From positions 9,998 to 73,997 of the forward strand of contig JASHNT010000116.1 in assembly GCA_030041495.1 (NCBI GenBank): DNA of 64,000 nt, given 5' to 3'. Shown in pieces: positions 62,356 through 64,000 of the stretch (position 1 is the stretch's first letter; every line of letters starts with the position of its first letter). The notes beneath the pieces are model-generated. The model was not told the DNA's origin. It ran no database searches and was given only the letters and a program-made list of their open reading frames with translations. The DNA comes from Bryobacteraceae bacterium (GTDB lineage Bacteria; Acidobacteriota; Terriglobia; Bryobacterales; Bryobacteraceae). Position numbers and translations under genes: made by a program.

Positions 62356-63359
62356 GGCCGCCTCCAATCGTCTTTGAAAAATGGATTGGGCATGCCGTAG
62401 GGAACGCCCAGCGTCAGAGACTCGATCCTGCTGATCTTACCAGCGTAGATGCGGAACAATTGCGCGGATTCGACAAAGCCGGGTTGCGTGGCGGAGTCCG
62501 GGAACTCGTAGACGCCGTGTCCGGGCGATTCAACGGACAAGACATTTCCGGGCTGCTGGTACATGAAGAAGCCGAACACCAGTTGGCGCTCTTGGTCCAC
62601 CACCGGCAAGCGGCGCGGATAGATGCGGGTATAGTTCGCGAACATTTTCGTATTGATCTGTTCCGCGCAGCCCAGAGCCCAAGGATTCCAGCTCAAGCTG
62701 GCGGGCGCGGGCCGGCTGGGCGAGTTGGTCATCCGCGCGCCGTTTTCCATGCGATTGCAGTCCCTGTCGAATGCCGCTGAATCGGCCGAGCCGCGTTCAA
62801 TTGCGTCGAAATACCCGTTAGCCGCGGCGATCAGCATCTCGCGCGAGACCCTCTGCGCCGCCGGAACGGTTTGCGTGAAGGGCGGATCGAGACCGGCTTG
62901 TTCCAGCAGCTCCGCCGCGCCGAGAGGAGCCGGGCCGCGTCCCCGAGGCGGGCCTCCACTTCCACGATTGATTACCGTCTCGATCTCCGTGATCTTGCGA
63001 TTCTCCATCTTGATTCGCGCGGCGATGACGATGGGCGATGAGTTCTCCCGCATGGTGAGGATCGCGCCCACCTGCCCGGACTGCGGATCGGCCGCGATCA
63101 ATTTGTAGGTCCCCGTGCCGGTGATGGTGTTCCAGACGCCGTCGCCCAGATCCAGCACCACGTCGTTCTCACTGAACTTGACCTTGCGCGCCAGAGGCAA
63201 TCCGAAAGGATCGTGCGCAATCATCGAATCAACGTATCGGTTGACGATGCCTTCCAGGCACGCCCGGTCGCACGCCGCCGGAGCCTGCGCCAGCAGCGTC
63301 CCTCCAGTCAGTAGTGCGCACGCGGCAACCAAGAGGGCCGAAGGCCCCGAAGGCCTCAT
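62352..63359 (-). CDS. hypothetical secreted protein (tandem paralogue B)
   Basis: 335 aa. The ATG at 63359 overlaps the upstream stop (ATGA). It is clearly alignable by eye with 61444..62355 along the whole length. Confidence 0.65.
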   Translation of the reverse strand: MRPSGPSALLVAACALLTGGTLLAQAPAACDRACLEGIVNRYVDSMIAHDPFGLPLARKVKFSENDVVLDLGDGVWNTITGTGTYKLIAADPQSGQVGAILTMRENSSPIVIAARIKMENRKITEIETVINRGSGGPPRGRGPAPLGAAELLEQAGLDPPFTQTVPAAQRVSREMLIAAANGYFDAIERGSADSAAFDRDCNRMENGARMTNSPSRPAPASLSWNPWALGCAEQINTKMFANYTRIYPRRLPVVDQERQLVFGFFMYQQPGNVLSVESPGHGVYEFPDSATQPGFVESAQLFRIYAGKISRIESLTLGVPYGMPNPFFKDDWRRP

Positions 63360-64000
63360 TTTTCTGCGGTGGCCTTCACGGAAGGCCCGGTGAGGTGCTC
63401 CAAGTCCTGGTTATTCTCGATGCATTCGTACTCTCGTGGACGTTCGCCCTCTTTCAGACGCGTGAAGGTCATGCGCTGGGTGTAGGGCTTGTCCATCAGC
63501 GGCGGATCGGTGATGGTGGCTTCGTACGAGATGGTGTCTCCGTTGAGGGTGTAGCGCTCGGCCACATGAAGCTGCTCATCGGTGAAGTGGCCCGCCCCGT
63601 CCAGCCAGATTTTGCCGTTGAAGCCGACCACGTCGACCACCAGCGTGTCTCCGTCCCAGCTCGCGATGGAATCCCCGAGGAACGAGGGATCGGGATCGCC
63701 GTGCGAGCCTCCGAAGGGGATCAAGCGCCATCCGTGGAAGGATTCGTAGAGAATCGCGATCTGCTTGGGCGTCTGCACGATTTCAAACGGCATGGGCATG
63801 CCGAAGATGCGCGGAACGCCGGGCAGGAGACATTTGACGGTGGGATCGTCCTTCCATGTCGTGCCGCGGGCGGCCTGCACCTTGGCCTCGATCTCAGGTT
63901 TGTAGACCAGTCGCTCTCCGCGTCCTCGCCCACCCCCGCCGCCTCCGCGAGCCGCCTGCGGAATCGCAGCCGTCGCGCGTGTGTTGCCCTCGCTTTCGCC
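63356..64000 (-). CDS. secreted protein of the unnamed family (paralogue 3); 5' end beyond the window
   Basis: The ORF track starts it at 63880 (GTG). The frame stays open to nt 64000 (…IPQAARGGGGGGRGRGERLVYKPEIEAKVQAARG…) and carries the same Gly/Arg tract as paralogue 1. Core: KCLLPGVP...EIVQTPKQIAILYE...SIASWDGDTLVVDVVGF..IWLD.AGH...LHVAERY...ATITDP...KPY...REYECIEN. Confidence 0.7.
   Translation of the reverse strand, partial: GESEGNTRATAAIPQAARGGGGGGRGRGERLVYKPEIEAKVQAARGTTWKDDPTVKCLLPGVPRIFGMPMPFEIVQTPKQIAILYESFHGWRLIPFGGSHGDPDPSFLGDSIASWDGDTLVVDVVGFNGKIWLDGAGHFTDEQLHVAERYTLNGDTISYEATITDPPLMDKPYTQRMTFTRLKEGERPREYECIENNQDLEHLTGPSVKATAEK

Overview
This 64 kb window is a high-GC bacterial chromosomal segment (GC judged by eye, not computed). 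It is almost certainly from an Acidobacteriota genome of the Solibacter/Bryobacter type. It carries several families first defined in Solibacter: PadR plus an ADOP duplicated MacB-like permease, BlaI plus a BlaR1 with a TIGR03435-type C-terminal domain, a TIGR03437-type Soli_cterm domain, PEP-CTERM, and a DUF1592/DUF1552 pair. I support about 50 protein genes. All function calls rest on motifs I recognise in the translations; no database search was possible.

Layout:
- 1-2.6 kb: apparent right end of an integrated mobile element. It holds a beta-class DNA methyltransferase, a phage-type PghP/DUF867 gene, 131-bp tandem repeats, an AT-rich arm and a tRNA-Leu(CAA) 3' fragment.
- 2.8-15.6 kb: a PEP-CTERM gene with an in-frame stop, a YqaA/DedA-like protein, a MetE-like / ankyrin / DUF1552 / DUF1592 gene string, and a PadR-ADOP pair.
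- 15.8-19.5 kb: a 1231-aa membrane-anchored low-complexity protein.
- 19.5-25.2 kb: a TonB-dependent receptor, a ModA-like binding protein, a ModE-N/PBP regulator and a TSUP permease.
- 25-30.7 kb: housekeeping genes, including DUF255 thioredoxin, thrB, a MauE-thioredoxin fusion and a metallophosphoesterase.
- 30.7-32.4 kb: a lower-GC islet with an ABC-type ATPase and a frameshifted DUF4276 gene.
- 32.5-48 kb: xdhC-like, mocA-like and asmA-like genes, then an envelope cluster (CsgG-like, Ser/Thr kinase, Slt, KdoO, RDD, LptD, Wzt) and an M24 peptidase.
- 48-54.7 kb: PP2C phosphatase, a lipase-Soli_cterm protein and BlaI/BlaR1.
- 54.7-64 kb: an accessory-looking cluster. It holds three paralogues of an unnamed secreted family, a second ADOP permease, a multicopper oxidase, an alpha/beta hydrolase and a tandem pair of secreted paralogues.

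The best candidates for undescribed biology are the ATPase+DUF4276 cassette, the ABC-less Mo/W-type TonB locus, the palindrome shared between the padR and DUF1592 promoter regions, and the triplicated secreted family. No rRNA, CRISPR array, transposase or integrase was found in the window.
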